A stretch of DNA of 64,000 nucleotides, taken from Candidatus Eiseniibacteriota bacterium. Lineage in GTDB: Bacteria > Eisenbacteria > RBG-16-71-46 > SZUA-252. The stretch spans positions 12,184 through 76,183 of the forward strand of contig VBOW01000018.1 of NCBI GenBank assembly GCA_005893275.1. Direction: 5' to 3'. Positions 18,029 through 27,433 of this stretch are shown here, one piece after another. The stretch's first letter is position 1. Each line of letters starts with the position of its first letter. Position numbers and translations under genes: made by a program. The notes beneath the pieces are model-generated. The model did not search any database, had not been told where the DNA came from, and saw only the letters and a program-made list of their open reading frames with translations.

Positions 18029-18445
18029 TTGGAGGAAACACTTTTCATGATCAAGCCGGACGCCGTGGAGAAGCACAAGGTCGGCGTCATCCTGGCCGAG
18101 GCCGAGCGCGCCGGGTTCGAGATTCTGGACCTGCGTCTCGTGAGGCTCGCGCCGCGCGACGCCCGGCTCTTCTACGCGGTGCACGAGGGGAAGCCCTTCT
18201 TAGAGGAGCTGGTCCAGTTCATGTCGTCCGGCCCGGCGATCCCATGCCGGGTTCGGCGCGAGAACGCCGTCCAGGCGCTTCGGGATCTGATCGGCGCCAC
18301 CGATCCCAAGGAAGCCAAGCCGGGCACGATCCGGGCACGATTCGCGGAGAGCAAGGGGCGGAACGCGGTGCATGCGTCCGACTCGCCGGAGTCCGCGCGC
18401 GCCGAGATCGAATTCTTCTTCGGAGACGGGTCGGCGCGACGCTAA
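18029..18445 (+). CDS. ndk: Nucleoside diphosphate kinase
   Basis: MIKPDAV, FYAVHEGKPF, GTIRARF, NAVHASDS. Confidence 0.96.
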   Translation: MEETLFMIKPDAVEKHKVGVILAEAERAGFEILDLRLVRLAPRDARLFYAVHEGKPFLEELVQFMSSGPAIPCRVRRENAVQALRDLIGATDPKEAKPGTIRARFAESKGRNAVHASDSPESARAEIEFFFGDGSARR

Positions 18446-18456
18446 TCTAAAGAGCC

Positions 18457-18939
18457 ATGGAGCTCAAACTACACGAGGTCGAGGAGGGGCAGAGCAGGCT
18501 CGACATGGAGCTTGCGGCCGATTCCGTCGGGATCAGCCGGCAGGATGTCGCGCTGGAGGGTCCGCTCAAGATTGGCCTCAGCCTGGACCGCCGCGGAGAC
18601 GAGATCTGGATTCGCGGAACCGTGCATGCCATTGCCCTGCAACAATGTAGCCGGTGTCTCGTCGAATTCTCCCAGATTCTCGAATTGGATTTCGAAGTTT
18701 TCTGTGCTAAGTTGCCATCTGCCCGCATGATGAGCCCCAAGGCCCTGGATGAAGAGGACGGGGGGGTCCATTTCCACGACGGCCACGTGCTCTCCATCGA
18801 CAGCGAGATCCGGGAAGCGGTGCTGCTCGGTCTTCCCATGAGGCCGCTCTGCCGCGATACATGCGCGGGCCTTTGCCCGCGGTGCGGAGAAGATCGCAAT
18901 CTCGGGCCGTGCCGTTGCGTGGGCGCGGCCGCCGGCTGA
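18457..18939 (+). CDS. yceD: DUF177/YceD family protein
   Basis: CSRCL and PMRPLCRDTCAGLCPRCG..N...C.C; directly upstream of rpmF. Confidence 0.9.
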   Translation: MELKLHEVEEGQSRLDMELAADSVGISRQDVALEGPLKIGLSLDRRGDEIWIRGTVHAIALQQCSRCLVEFSQILELDFEVFCAKLPSARMMSPKALDEEDGGVHFHDGHVLSIDSEIREAVLLGLPMRPLCRDTCAGLCPRCGEDRNLGPCRCVGAAAG

Positions 18940-19008
18940 TCCGGAAAGGCACCGGACCTACGCCCCGCGCGGCCGGCGACGAACATCCAACGAAGGGAAT
19001 GTGGAACG

Positions 19009-19200
19009 ATGGCTGTACCCAAGAGAAGGCATTCGAGCACCCGCGGCAAGAAGCGCCGCACCCACTGGAAACTCGCGCTGCCATCCCGATCGCTCTGCCC
19101 CCATTGCAGTCAGCCGAAGCTCCCGCACCGCGTGTGCGGGCATTGCGGCTACTACGCGGGCGAAGAGGTGATCTCGCAGGAGGAGTTGAAGAGTACGTAA
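19009..19200 (+). CDS. rpmF: 50S ribosomal protein L32 (zinc-ribbon type)
   Basis: MAVPKRRHS...KRRTH, CPHC...[11 protein letters not shown]. Confidence 0.97.
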   Translation: MAVPKRRHSSTRGKKRRTHWKLALPSRSLCPHCSQPKLPHRVCGHCGYYAGEEVISQEELKST

Positions 19201-19219
19201 GGGCGGGGACGGGGCGACG

Positions 19220-20251
19220 GTGAGCGATCGAGCCGGACGGCCGGTCATCGGGGTGGACGCCATGGGCGGCGACCTTGCCCCCGGTGTGGTCATACAGGGC
19301 GCCATGGAGGCGATCCGCGAGTCGACGGGCGCGTTTGATGTCCTGCTCATCGGCGATGAGGCGCTCGTTCGCGAGGAAGCTGCCCGCCTGCATCTGAGCG
19401 CGGACCTGCCCCCCGTGATCCACGCATCGGAGCGCGTGGAAATGGGTGAGTCCGCGGCCACCTCCGTTCGAAAGAAGAAGGACTCCTCGATCAATATCGC
19501 CGCGCGCCTTCAGAAGGAGCGCCGGACCAGCGCGATGGTATCCGCCGGAAATACCGGCGCGGTCGTGGCCGCCGCCCTCTTCGGCCTGGGCCGGATCGAG
19601 TCGGTGCAGCGTCCCGCGATCGCCACGGTGCTCCCCACCCCGCAGGGCAACGTCGTGATTCTGGACGTGGGCGCCACTTCGGACTGCAAGCCGTACCACC
19701 TCCATCAATTCGCGATGATGGGCAGCATCTATGCCAGGCTGGTGCTCCACGTGGAGCGACCACGCGTCGGGCTGCTGAACATCGGGGAGGAGGCGGAGAA
19801 GGGGAGCGAGCTCTACTACGAAGCGCATCAGCTGTTGAAGCAGAGCCCCGTCCATTTCGTCGGAAACGTCGAGGGCCGGGACATCATCCTCGGCACGGCG
19901 GACGTCGTCGTGTGCGACGGTTTCGTCGGAAATGTGCTTCTCAAGTTCGCGGAGAGCGTGATTCCGAGCGTGGGCAATATGATCCGAGACGAGATACGGA
20001 GCGATCCTCTGAGCATGCTCGCGGGGCTCCTCCTGAAGCCGGCCTTCCGGAGGCTCAAGCGCCGCCTGGACTATGCCGAGGTCGGCGGGGCGCCGCTCTT
20101 GGGAGTCGACGGTACCTGCATCATCGCCCACGGGCGCTCGAACGCGCGCGCGATCAAGAACGCGATCCGGGCGGCGGCGCGGGTCGCCGAGGCGCGCGTC
20201 GCGGGATTCATACGCGAGGACCTTCAACGGCTGGCGCCGGAGGCCGCATGA
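19220..20251 (+). CDS. plsX: Phosphate acyltransferase PlsX
   Basis: VDAMGGD, SAGNTGA, LLNIGEEAEKG, GNVEG, DGFVGN, AHGRS. Confidence 0.96.
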   Translation: MSDRAGRPVIGVDAMGGDLAPGVVIQGAMEAIRESTGAFDVLLIGDEALVREEAARLHLSADLPPVIHASERVEMGESAATSVRKKKDSSINIAARLQKERRTSAMVSAGNTGAVVAAALFGLGRIESVQRPAIATVLPTPQGNVVILDVGATSDCKPYHLHQFAMMGSIYARLVLHVERPRVGLLNIGEEAEKGSELYYEAHQLLKQSPVHFVGNVEGRDIILGTADVVVCDGFVGNVLLKFAESVIPSVGNMIRDEIRSDPLSMLAGLLLKPAFRRLKRRLDYAEVGGAPLLGVDGTCIIAHGRSNARAIKNAIRAAARVAEARVAGFIREDLQRLAPEAA

Positions 20252-20294
20252 CGGCGGCGGGGAATCGGCAGGGTGGCCGCGCGAGGAAACGGAC

Positions 20295-21287
20295 ATGATC
20301 TCATCCGCGCGCGACGTCCATATCATCGGAGTCGGATCCTGCACGCCGGACCGCGTGCTGACCAACAAGGACCTGGAACAGATCGTCGATACCTCGGACG
20401 AGTGGATCACGACGCGGACCGGGATCAAGGAGCGCCGCATCGCCGATCCCGAAACACCCGCCTCCGCGCTCGCCACCGAAGCGGCGCGTCGCGCCGTCCG
20501 GGATGCCGGGGTGAAGCCGGAAGAGCTCGATCAGATCATCGTCGGGACCGTGACGGGAGACCGCCCGTTTCCCTCGACCGCGTGTCTCGTGCAGGACCGC
20601 CTCGGCGCCGCCGGGGCGTACGGGTTCGATATCTCCGCCGCCTGCTCCGGGTTTCTCTATGCGCTCTCGCTTGGGCGCACGCAGATCGCGGCCGGAGCGG
20701 CGGACACCGTGCTCGTGATCGGGGTCGAGACCCTTTCGAAGATCGTCGACTGGACCGATCGCAACACGTGTGTGCTCTTCGGCGACGCGGCCGGCGCCGT
20801 CGTGCTCCGCTCGACGGGACAACCCGGCGGGATTCTGTCCACGAAGCTCCACAGCGACGGGTCCCTGACGAATCTGCTCGAAATGCCCGGGGGCGGCTCG
20901 CTCCATCCCGCGTCGCACGAAACGGTCGACCGAAAGCTCCACTACATCCGCATGAGCGGAAACGACGTGTTCAAGTACGCCGTCCGCGCCATGGAATCGG
21001 TGGCCTGCGAGGCGCTCGAGGCCGCGGGGCACAGACCGGAGGAGCTGGATCTCCTGTTTCCTCACCAGGCGAACTATCGCATCATCGACGCCACCGCGAG
21101 GCGGCTCGGCCTGCCGATGGAGAAGGTCTTCGTCAACCTGGATCGCTACGGAAACACCTCGTCCGCCTCGATTCCGCTCGCGCTCGACGAGGCGAAGCGC
21201 CTGGGGCGCCTCAAACCCGGCGATCTCGTGGAAATGGTGACGTTCGGCGGAGGCTTCACGTGGGCCGCTTCCGTGGTGCGCTGGTGA
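20295..21287 (+). CDS. fabH: Beta-ketoacyl-ACP synthase III
   Basis: DTSDEWITTRTGI, AACSGF, LFGDAAGA, PHQAN, GNTSSAS. Confidence 0.96.
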   Translation: MISSARDVHIIGVGSCTPDRVLTNKDLEQIVDTSDEWITTRTGIKERRIADPETPASALATEAARRAVRDAGVKPEELDQIIVGTVTGDRPFPSTACLVQDRLGAAGAYGFDISAACSGFLYALSLGRTQIAAGAADTVLVIGVETLSKIVDWTDRNTCVLFGDAAGAVVLRSTGQPGGILSTKLHSDGSLTNLLEMPGGGSLHPASHETVDRKLHYIRMSGNDVFKYAVRAMESVACEALEAAGHRPEELDLLFPHQANYRIIDATARRLGLPMEKVFVNLDRYGNTSSASIPLALDEAKRLGRLKPGDLVEMVTFGGGFTWAASVVRW

Positions 21288-22228
21288 GCCGGATCGCGTT
21301 CCTTTTTCCGGGCCAGGGCTCGCAGGCGGTCGGCATGGGTCGCGCCCTCGCGGATCGTTTCCCGGAAGCGCGCGAGGTTTTCGACCGCGCCGACCAGGTC
21401 CTCGCCATGCCTCTCTCCTCCCTCTGCTTCGATGGACCGCTCGATGCGTTGACCCGCACGGAGAACACGCAGCCCGCGCTCTTGGTCACGAGCGTCGCGG
21501 CGGCCCGCGTGCTCGAGCGCCGCGGCGTGCGGCCTTCGGCGGGGGCCGGGCACAGCGCGGGGGAATTCGCGGCGCACGTGGTGGCGGGCTCGCTCTCCTT
21601 CGAGGACGGGCTGAGGCTCATCCGCAGGCGGGGCGAGCTGATGGCGAACGCGGGGAAGGAGCGGCCGGGAACGATGCTCGCGGTGCTGGGCCTGGGTATC
21701 CCTGAGATCGAGAAGCTCCTCGCCGCGGTGGCGAGGCCGCGCGATCTCGCCGCCGCGAACTACAACTCGCCCGGACAAATCGTGCTGTCCGGAACGCGCG
21801 AGGCGCTGGATCGCGCCTCGGAGGAGGCCAAGAAAGCGGGGGCCAAGAAAGTCGTCCCCTTGCACGTCAGCGCCGCGTTCCATTCGCCGCTCATGGAGAC
21901 CGCGGCGCGCGGGCTCGGCGAGGCGCTGGAGTCGATCGATCTCAGGCCCGCTCGGTTTCCGGTCTACGCCAACGTTTCCGCGCGGCCGGTGCAAGCCCCC
22001 GAGGAGATCCGCGCCGCGCTCCGGGAGCAGCTCCTCCAGCCGGTGCTGTGGGAGCAAACGGTTCGCGCGATGGTGGAAGACGGCGTGCGGCGGTTCGTCG
22101 AAGTGGGCCAAGGGCGCGTCCTCCGCGGCCTCGTGAAGAGCGTCGACCGCGATGTGTCGCTTTTCGGAAGCGAGGACCCGGAGGCGGCGGAGGCCGCCGT
22201 CCAGGCGCTCCAGGAAGTCGCGGCGTGA
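21284..22228 (+). CDS. fabD: Malonyl-CoA:ACP transacylase
   Basis: FPGQGSQ, TQPAL, GHSAGE, NYNSPGQ, SAAFHS. Confidence 0.96.
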   Translation: MSRIAFLFPGQGSQAVGMGRALADRFPEAREVFDRADQVLAMPLSSLCFDGPLDALTRTENTQPALLVTSVAAARVLERRGVRPSAGAGHSAGEFAAHVVAGSLSFEDGLRLIRRRGELMANAGKERPGTMLAVLGLGIPEIEKLLAAVARPRDLAAANYNSPGQIVLSGTREALDRASEEAKKAGAKKVVPLHVSAAFHSPLMETAARGLGEALESIDLRPARFPVYANVSARPVQAPEEIRAALREQLLQPVLWEQTVRAMVEDGVRRFVEVGQGRVLRGLVKSVDRDVSLFGSEDPEAAEAAVQALQEVAA

Positions 22229-22974
22229 GCGACCGGCGTTTCGCGGAAAGGGTCGCGGTCGTGACCGGCGGGGCGAAAGGAATCGGCCGCGCGGTCGCAT
22301 CGCGGCTGGCGCGCGGCGGCGCCCGGATCGTCGTCTCGGGGCGGGACGGAGCGGCGCTCGAGAGGGCGTGCGCCGAGCTTCGCTCGGAGGGGGGCGACGC
22401 GATCTGGGCCCAAGGGGACGTGTCGAAGCCCGGGGACGCGGACGCGCTTTGCGCCAAAACGCTCGAGGCGTTCGGCAGGGCCGACATCCTCGTGAACAAC
22501 GCGGGTGTCACGCGCGACAATCTGGTCATGCGCCTGAGCGAGGAGGATTGGGATCAGGTCATCGACACCAATCTGAAGGGGAGCTTTCTCTGCATCCGCT
22601 CCTTCACCCGGCCCATGATGAAACAGCGGTGGGGCAGGATCGTGAACATGAGCTCCGTGGTCGGGCTCATCGGCAATCCCGGCCAAGCGAATTATGTCGC
22701 GTCCAAGGCGGGAGTGGTGGGGCTCACGAAGGCCGTTGCCAAGGAACTGGCATCGCGCCATATTACGGTGAATGCGGTAGCTCCAGGGTTCATCGAAACC
22801 GCGATGACAGCCGATTTGAGCGAGAAGGTGCGGGAGGGCTTGAAGGCGCAAATCCCCCTCGGACGGCTGGGATCCGCCGATGACGTGGCCCACGCGGTGG
22901 CGTTCCTATGCTCGGAGGAGGCCGGCTATGTCACCGGCCAGGTACTGTCCGTCGATGGCGGTATGAGGATGTGA
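22225..22974 (+). CDS. fabG: 3-oxoacyl-ACP reductase
   Basis: [34 protein letters not shown]. Confidence 0.96.
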   Translation: MSDRRFAERVAVVTGGAKGIGRAVASRLARGGARIVVSGRDGAALERACAELRSEGGDAIWAQGDVSKPGDADALCAKTLEAFGRADILVNNAGVTRDNLVMRLSEEDWDQVIDTNLKGSFLCIRSFTRPMMKQRWGRIVNMSSVVGLIGNPGQANYVASKAGVVGLTKAVAKELASRHITVNAVAPGFIETAMTADLSEKVREGLKAQIPLGRLGSADDVAHAVAFLCSEEAGYVTGQVLSVDGGMRM

Positions 22975-23021
22975 ACGATCGGATTGCGGAAACCGGAATC
23001 CAAAGGGAGGTGATGCAGGGA

Positions 23022-23270
23022 ATGGCCTCATTCAGCGAAGATCGGGTCAAGCAGATCATCGTCGATCAGTTGGGCGTCGCGCCGGAGCAGGTGACGCCGG
23101 AAGCATCCTTCATCGACGATCTGGGAGCGGACTCGCTCGACACCGTGGAGCTCGTGATGGCCCTCGAGGAGGAATTCGACATCGAAATTCCGGACGAGGA
23201 CGCGGAGAAGATGACCACGGTGGCAGACGCCATCAAGTACCTGGAATCGCACGTGCCGAAGAACGCCTGA
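23022..23270 (+). CDS. acpP: Acyl carrier protein
   Basis: [25 protein letters not shown] at 23005-23012. Confidence 0.97.
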   Translation: MASFSEDRVKQIIVDQLGVAPEQVTPEASFIDDLGADSLDTVELVMALEEEFDIEIPDEDAEKMTTVADAIKYLESHVPKNA

Positions 23271-23341
23271 TTCGGCGCCGCGCCGGACGCGTCGCGTTCC
23301 GCGCGGGTTGTGAGCGCAGGCGAGGAAATCGAGAGAGGTTC

Positions 23342-24616
23342 GTGACCTATCGGAGAAATGGGAGCCCTCGGAGGGTGGTGGTGACCGGGCAGGGCGTCGT
23401 ATGCCCCCTGGGAAACACGGTCGAGGAGTTTTGGAAGCGGTTGATCGCCGGCGAGTCGGGGATCGGGCCGGTCACGCGATTCGACGCGGCGGGATACGAC
23501 ACGCGGATCGGGGGCGAGGTGCGCGGATTCAAGCCGGAAGACTTCATGGACCGGAAGGACATCCGACGCACGGACCTGTTCGTCCAGTATGCGGTCGCCG
23601 CATCCGCGCAGGCCTTGAACCAGGCCGCCGTTCGCGACGGCGCCGTCGACCCGGACCGTTTCGGCGTCATCGTGGGGTCGGGCATCGGCGGCATTTCGAC
23701 CTTCGAGGATCAGCACCGAGTCCTTCTCGAGAAGGGCCCGAACCGCGTGAGCCCCTTCTTCATTCCCATGATGATTTCGGACATGGCCTCGGGCCAGGTG
23801 TCGATCCTCTTCGGCGCCAAAGGCCCCAATTACTGCACCGTGTCGGCATGCTCCTCGGGAGCGCACGCGGTGGGCGAGGCTTTTCGGATCATCCAGAACT
23901 CCGAAGCGGACGTCATGATCGCGGGGGGCGCCGAAGCTCCGGTCACTCCGATTTCCTTCGCGGGATTCTGCTCCATGAAGGCGATGTCCACGCGTAACGA
24001 CTGCCCGACCCGGGCCTCCCGGCCCTTCGATTCCCAGCGCGACGGATTCGTGATGGGGGAAGGCGCGGGAATCCTGATCCTGGAGGAACTCGAGCACGCG
24101 AAAAAACGCGGCGCTGCGATCCTGGCGGAGGTCGTCGGTTACGGCGCCACTGGAGATGCCCATCATATGACCGCTCCTGCCCCCGAGGGTGAGGGTGCAG
24201 CGCGGGCCATGCGGGCCGCCATCAACGATTCCGGACTGCCCCTGCGCGAGTTCGGATACGTGAACGCCCACGGCACCTCCACACCACTCAACGACAAGTT
24301 CGAAACCCAAGCCATCAAGTCGGTATTCGGGGAGCACGCACACCGCGTGGCCGTCAGCTCGACGAAGTCGATGACCGGCCACCTGCTCGGAGCCGCCGGC
24401 GGACTGGAGACGATCATCTGCGTCCTTGCGCTCGAGCGACAGGTCCTTCCTCCGACCATCAATTACGAGCACCCCGACCCCGACTGCGATCTCGATTACG
24501 TCCCCAACACCGCGCGATCGGTCGAAGTGCGGGCGGCCCTCTCGAATTCATTGGGCTTTGGCGGGCACAACGTCACCCTGGCGTTATCGAGGAGCATGGC
24601 ACCGGAGGGTCCCTAG
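23342..24616 (+). CDS. fabF: Beta-ketoacyl-ACP synthase II
   Basis: RRVVVTG, SACSSG, DGFVMGEG, NAHGTST, GHLLGAAG, SNSLGFGGHN. Confidence 0.96.
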   Translation: MTYRRNGSPRRVVVTGQGVVCPLGNTVEEFWKRLIAGESGIGPVTRFDAAGYDTRIGGEVRGFKPEDFMDRKDIRRTDLFVQYAVAASAQALNQAAVRDGAVDPDRFGVIVGSGIGGISTFEDQHRVLLEKGPNRVSPFFIPMMISDMASGQVSILFGAKGPNYCTVSACSSGAHAVGEAFRIIQNSEADVMIAGGAEAPVTPISFAGFCSMKAMSTRNDCPTRASRPFDSQRDGFVMGEGAGILILEELEHAKKRGAAILAEVVGYGATGDAHHMTAPAPEGEGAARAMRAAINDSGLPLREFGYVNAHGTSTPLNDKFETQAIKSVFGEHAHRVAVSSTKSMTGHLLGAAGGLETIICVLALERQVLPPTINYEHPDPDCDLDYVPNTARSVEVRAALSNSLGFGGHNVTLALSRSMAPEGP

Positions 24617-24629
24617 AGGATCCCGAAAC

Positions 24630-25595
24630 GTGAAATTACTCAGAATGCTGTTTGGACTGGAAAAGGCTCCCGCGCCTCGATTCGAGCGTCGCGGAGGCCG
24701 TGAATTCGATCTTCGCGGGTTCGAAGCAATCGTTCATTACAAGTTCCGAGACCCCGAGCTGGCGCGGCAGGCCCTGACCCATCGCTCCTACCTGCACTCC
24801 CAACCGGAAAAGGGCGCCGGAGAATCCAACGAGCGGATGGAGTTTCTCGGCGATTCCGTCGTGGGGCTCGTCGTGAACGAATTCCTCTACCGAAAGTTCA
24901 CCTCGCTTCGCGAAGGGGAGCTGACGAAGATGAAATCGCTCCTCGTGAGCCGCGTGATCCTCTCTCGAACGGCGAAGCTGATGGGTCTGGGGGACTACAT
25001 TCTCCTGAGCGAGGCGGAGACCGGCTCGGGCGGGCGCGATCGCGCCTCGATCCTCGCGGACACACTGGAAGGCGTGATCGGAGCCGTGTACCTGGACGGC
25101 GGGCTCGAGCCCGCGCGGCGCCTCACGGAGCGGCTGCTCCTTCGCCAGGTGCATGAGATCCTGAGCGACGCGAATCTCGCGAACTACAAGAGCATGCTCC
25201 AGGAGTACGTCCAGGGTGAATTCAAGACCCACCCGCAATACCGTATCTCGAGCGAGATCGGCCCCGACCACGAGAAGGTGTTTACGGTCGAGGTCGTCGT
25301 GAACCAGAAGGTGCTCGGCCGCGGCCACGGGAGCAACAAGAAGGAGGCGGAGCAGGAAGCGGCCCGGGACGCGCTCCTCCACTTCGAGAAGATGGTGCGC
25401 GGCGGCGACCGGCAGGACCACAGGCGCCGCAGGCGTCGTGGCGGCCGGGGGCGTCGTTCGCGGGGCGGTGGAGGGCGCGGAACGGGGACGGGGCAGCCCG
25501 GATCCCGGGGCCCGCAGGAGGAGCAGGGCGAGCTGCGGGGCCCGGACGGGGACAAATCCCCTTGGGCCGCCTCGCGCTTGCAGTCCGGATCGTAG
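24630..25595 (+). CDS. rnc: Ribonuclease III with Arg/Gly-rich C-terminal tail
   Basis: ALTHRS, NERMEFLGDSV, ADTLEGVIGAVYLD, dsRBD (KSMLQE...GPDH...KKEAEQEAA). Confidence 0.95.
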   Translation: MKLLRMLFGLEKAPAPRFERRGGREFDLRGFEAIVHYKFRDPELARQALTHRSYLHSQPEKGAGESNERMEFLGDSVVGLVVNEFLYRKFTSLREGELTKMKSLLVSRVILSRTAKLMGLGDYILLSEAETGSGGRDRASILADTLEGVIGAVYLDGGLEPARRLTERLLLRQVHEILSDANLANYKSMLQEYVQGEFKTHPQYRISSEIGPDHEKVFTVEVVVNQKVLGRGHGSNKKEAEQEAARDALLHFEKMVRGGDRQDHRRRRRRGGRGRRSRGGGGRGTGTGQPGSRGPQEEQGELRGPDGDKSPWAASRLQSGS

Positions 25596-25606
25596 CTTGT
25601 TATAAT
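25578..25606 (+). promoter_or_regulatory. Sigma70 promoter with extended -10
   Basis: TTGCAG (25578-25583), 17 nt spacer, TGnTATAAT (TATAAT at 25601-25606). Confidence 0.8.
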
Positions 25607-25683
25607 TAAGGCGTCGTCTCGAGACAGGGGAGGAAGGTCCGTCTGGGCCTTCCTCCGTTTCTATAAGCAACCCTGGAGACGAC

Positions 25684-27369
25684 GTGTACAAAGGCGAGCC
25701 AACCTCACTCATCTCAGGGACGGGCATGGGGACGCTGGCGCTGATCCTAATCGCGGCATTGGCCGGGCCCTCGTCGGCCGCTTTTCCGCCCGGCCCCGCC
25801 CCAGTGATCCCTGCAAACCTCGAATTCCTCGTGCGCTCGGCCGTGGCCCAGGAGGCCGGCAATGCCGAGGAAGCCGCGGTCTGGGCGGAGGCTCTGGCCG
25901 CGGAGGACCCGGTCTCGAGCTACGTCGCCTCGCGATTCGCGGAAATCCTCGAATCCTCCGGCGAAGACCAGCGCGCGCTCGCGTGGGGCGACCGGGCGCT
26001 CCACCTGGACAGCCTGAACGCGGACGCGGCCATGCTGGTCGGACGCATGCGCCTCCGCGCGGGGGAGGCCTCGGTCGCCGTGCAGGCCCTGACCCCGCCT
26101 TTGCGGCTTCTGGGAGCGCGCCCCGAGCTTTACGCCATGCGATCCCTCGCCCATGAGCTCGACAAGAACTACGAGGGGGCTCTGGCCGATCTAAAGCGCA
26201 CCGACATCCTGCTCCAGGATTTCGGATGGGTGGCGACCGGCGTTTTGGGGATGGCGCTCGAGGATGGCCGGCTGGATGAAGCGTCTCAGGCCCTCCAGCT
26301 GGCGCTCGAGCTCACCCCGGACGACCCCCGGACCTTGGGACTGGGTGTCGCCCTGGCCCGGCGCATGGGCGACACCGCGCTCGAGGAAAAGCTCCTCCGC
26401 CGGCGCGCGGAGGCCAATGACGCGATACCCGAGCAGATCGCCGCGTATGCCTCGTATTTGTTCCGCGAGGGGGACCGGAAAGCCGCGAAGGCTTTCCTGG
26501 GTCGGGTGGCGCGGCGCGGTTTCGACCCGGCGGACGTCCGCGTCGAAGCCGGTCGCAGTCTCCTGAGCGACGGCGACTATCGCGCGGCATTGGAGGCGGT
26601 GAAGCCGCTTGGGGAAAACCGGGCGACGTTGCCCGTCAGGGCCCGCGCGCTCGTGGCGCTCGCGAACGAGAAGCCCGCGCTCGGGTGTTACAGGAAGCTC
26701 ATGAAGCTTCGCTCCCTGACGCAGGAGGAGTCGCTGGTGGTCGCCTATCTAGAGATCAAGGTCGGCGACCGTCGAACGGGGATCCTGACGCTGGAGCAAA
26801 TCCGAGAGGGCCTTCTGGGGAGCCCGCGAAGGGTGCTGGCCGGGGCCCTATGCTACATTCTTCTCCACCACCCCGAGGAGGCCGTCGCGATCATGCGCGA
26901 GGGGGCCCTGAGGGGCCCCGAGAGCCCCATCCTCTACGCGGAGCTGGGCCAAGCCGCTGCCGAGACGGGGGATAGCCTGGTGGCCGCGTGGGCCTTCCAA
27001 AAGCTAAGTGGGCTGGGGAAGGAAAATTCGGAGTGCCTCTATTTCCTCGCTGCGACGGATCTAAGCCAGGGGGAGGTCGATCGGGCGGTCCGAAGGCTCG
27101 ATCGGGCGGTGGAGCTCGATCCGTGGAACGGGCGGGCCCTGTCGCTCCTGGGAAGCATCCGCTACAATATGGGGCAGCTAGAGTTAGCGAGAGATCTCTT
27201 GAGACGCGCGGTTCGATGCCGCGACGCGGGCTCAGACGCCGAGCGAATGCTCGGCCGTGTGTGCCGGGCCCTCCGGCTGGACAGCGAGGCCCGGGCGGCC
27301 GAGTCACGGGTCCGCGGAAAGCGCGCCTCCCCGAGCCCCGCTGGGCTTACCTTCTTCGCCAATCCCTAA
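25684..27369 (+). CDS. Exported TPR-repeat protein
   Basis: Hydrophobic signal-like segment (LALILIAALAGPSSA) and TPR-like helices (ALELTPDD, AVELDPWN). Start is GTG 25684 or ATG 25726. Confidence 0.7.
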   Translation: MYKGEPTSLISGTGMGTLALILIAALAGPSSAAFPPGPAPVIPANLEFLVRSAVAQEAGNAEEAAVWAEALAAEDPVSSYVASRFAEILESSGEDQRALAWGDRALHLDSLNADAAMLVGRMRLRAGEASVAVQALTPPLRLLGARPELYAMRSLAHELDKNYEGALADLKRTDILLQDFGWVATGVLGMALEDGRLDEASQALQLALELTPDDPRTLGLGVALARRMGDTALEEKLLRRRAEANDAIPEQIAAYASYLFREGDRKAAKAFLGRVARRGFDPADVRVEAGRSLLSDGDYRAALEAVKPLGENRATLPVRARALVALANEKPALGCYRKLMKLRSLTQEESLVVAYLEIKVGDRRTGILTLEQIREGLLGSPRRVLAGALCYILLHHPEEAVAIMREGALRGPESPILYAELGQAAAETGDSLVAAWAFQKLSGLGKENSECLYFLAATDLSQGEVDRAVRRLDRAVELDPWNGRALSLLGSIRYNMGQLELARDLLRRAVRCRDAGSDAERMLGRVCRALRLDSEARAAESRVRGKRASPSPAGLTFFANP

Positions 27370-27386
27370 AGGAACCAGCCCCTTCC

Positions 27387-27414
27387 GGAACCGGCCACCG
27401 TTCGACGGTGTATC
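27387..27414 (+). promoter_or_regulatory. Possible ECF-sigma autoregulatory promoter
   Basis: GGAACC, 16 nt spacer, TGTATC, just upstream of the ECF sigma gene. Confidence 0.45.
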
Positions 27415-27433
27415 CAGTGCCACGGAGACCGAT

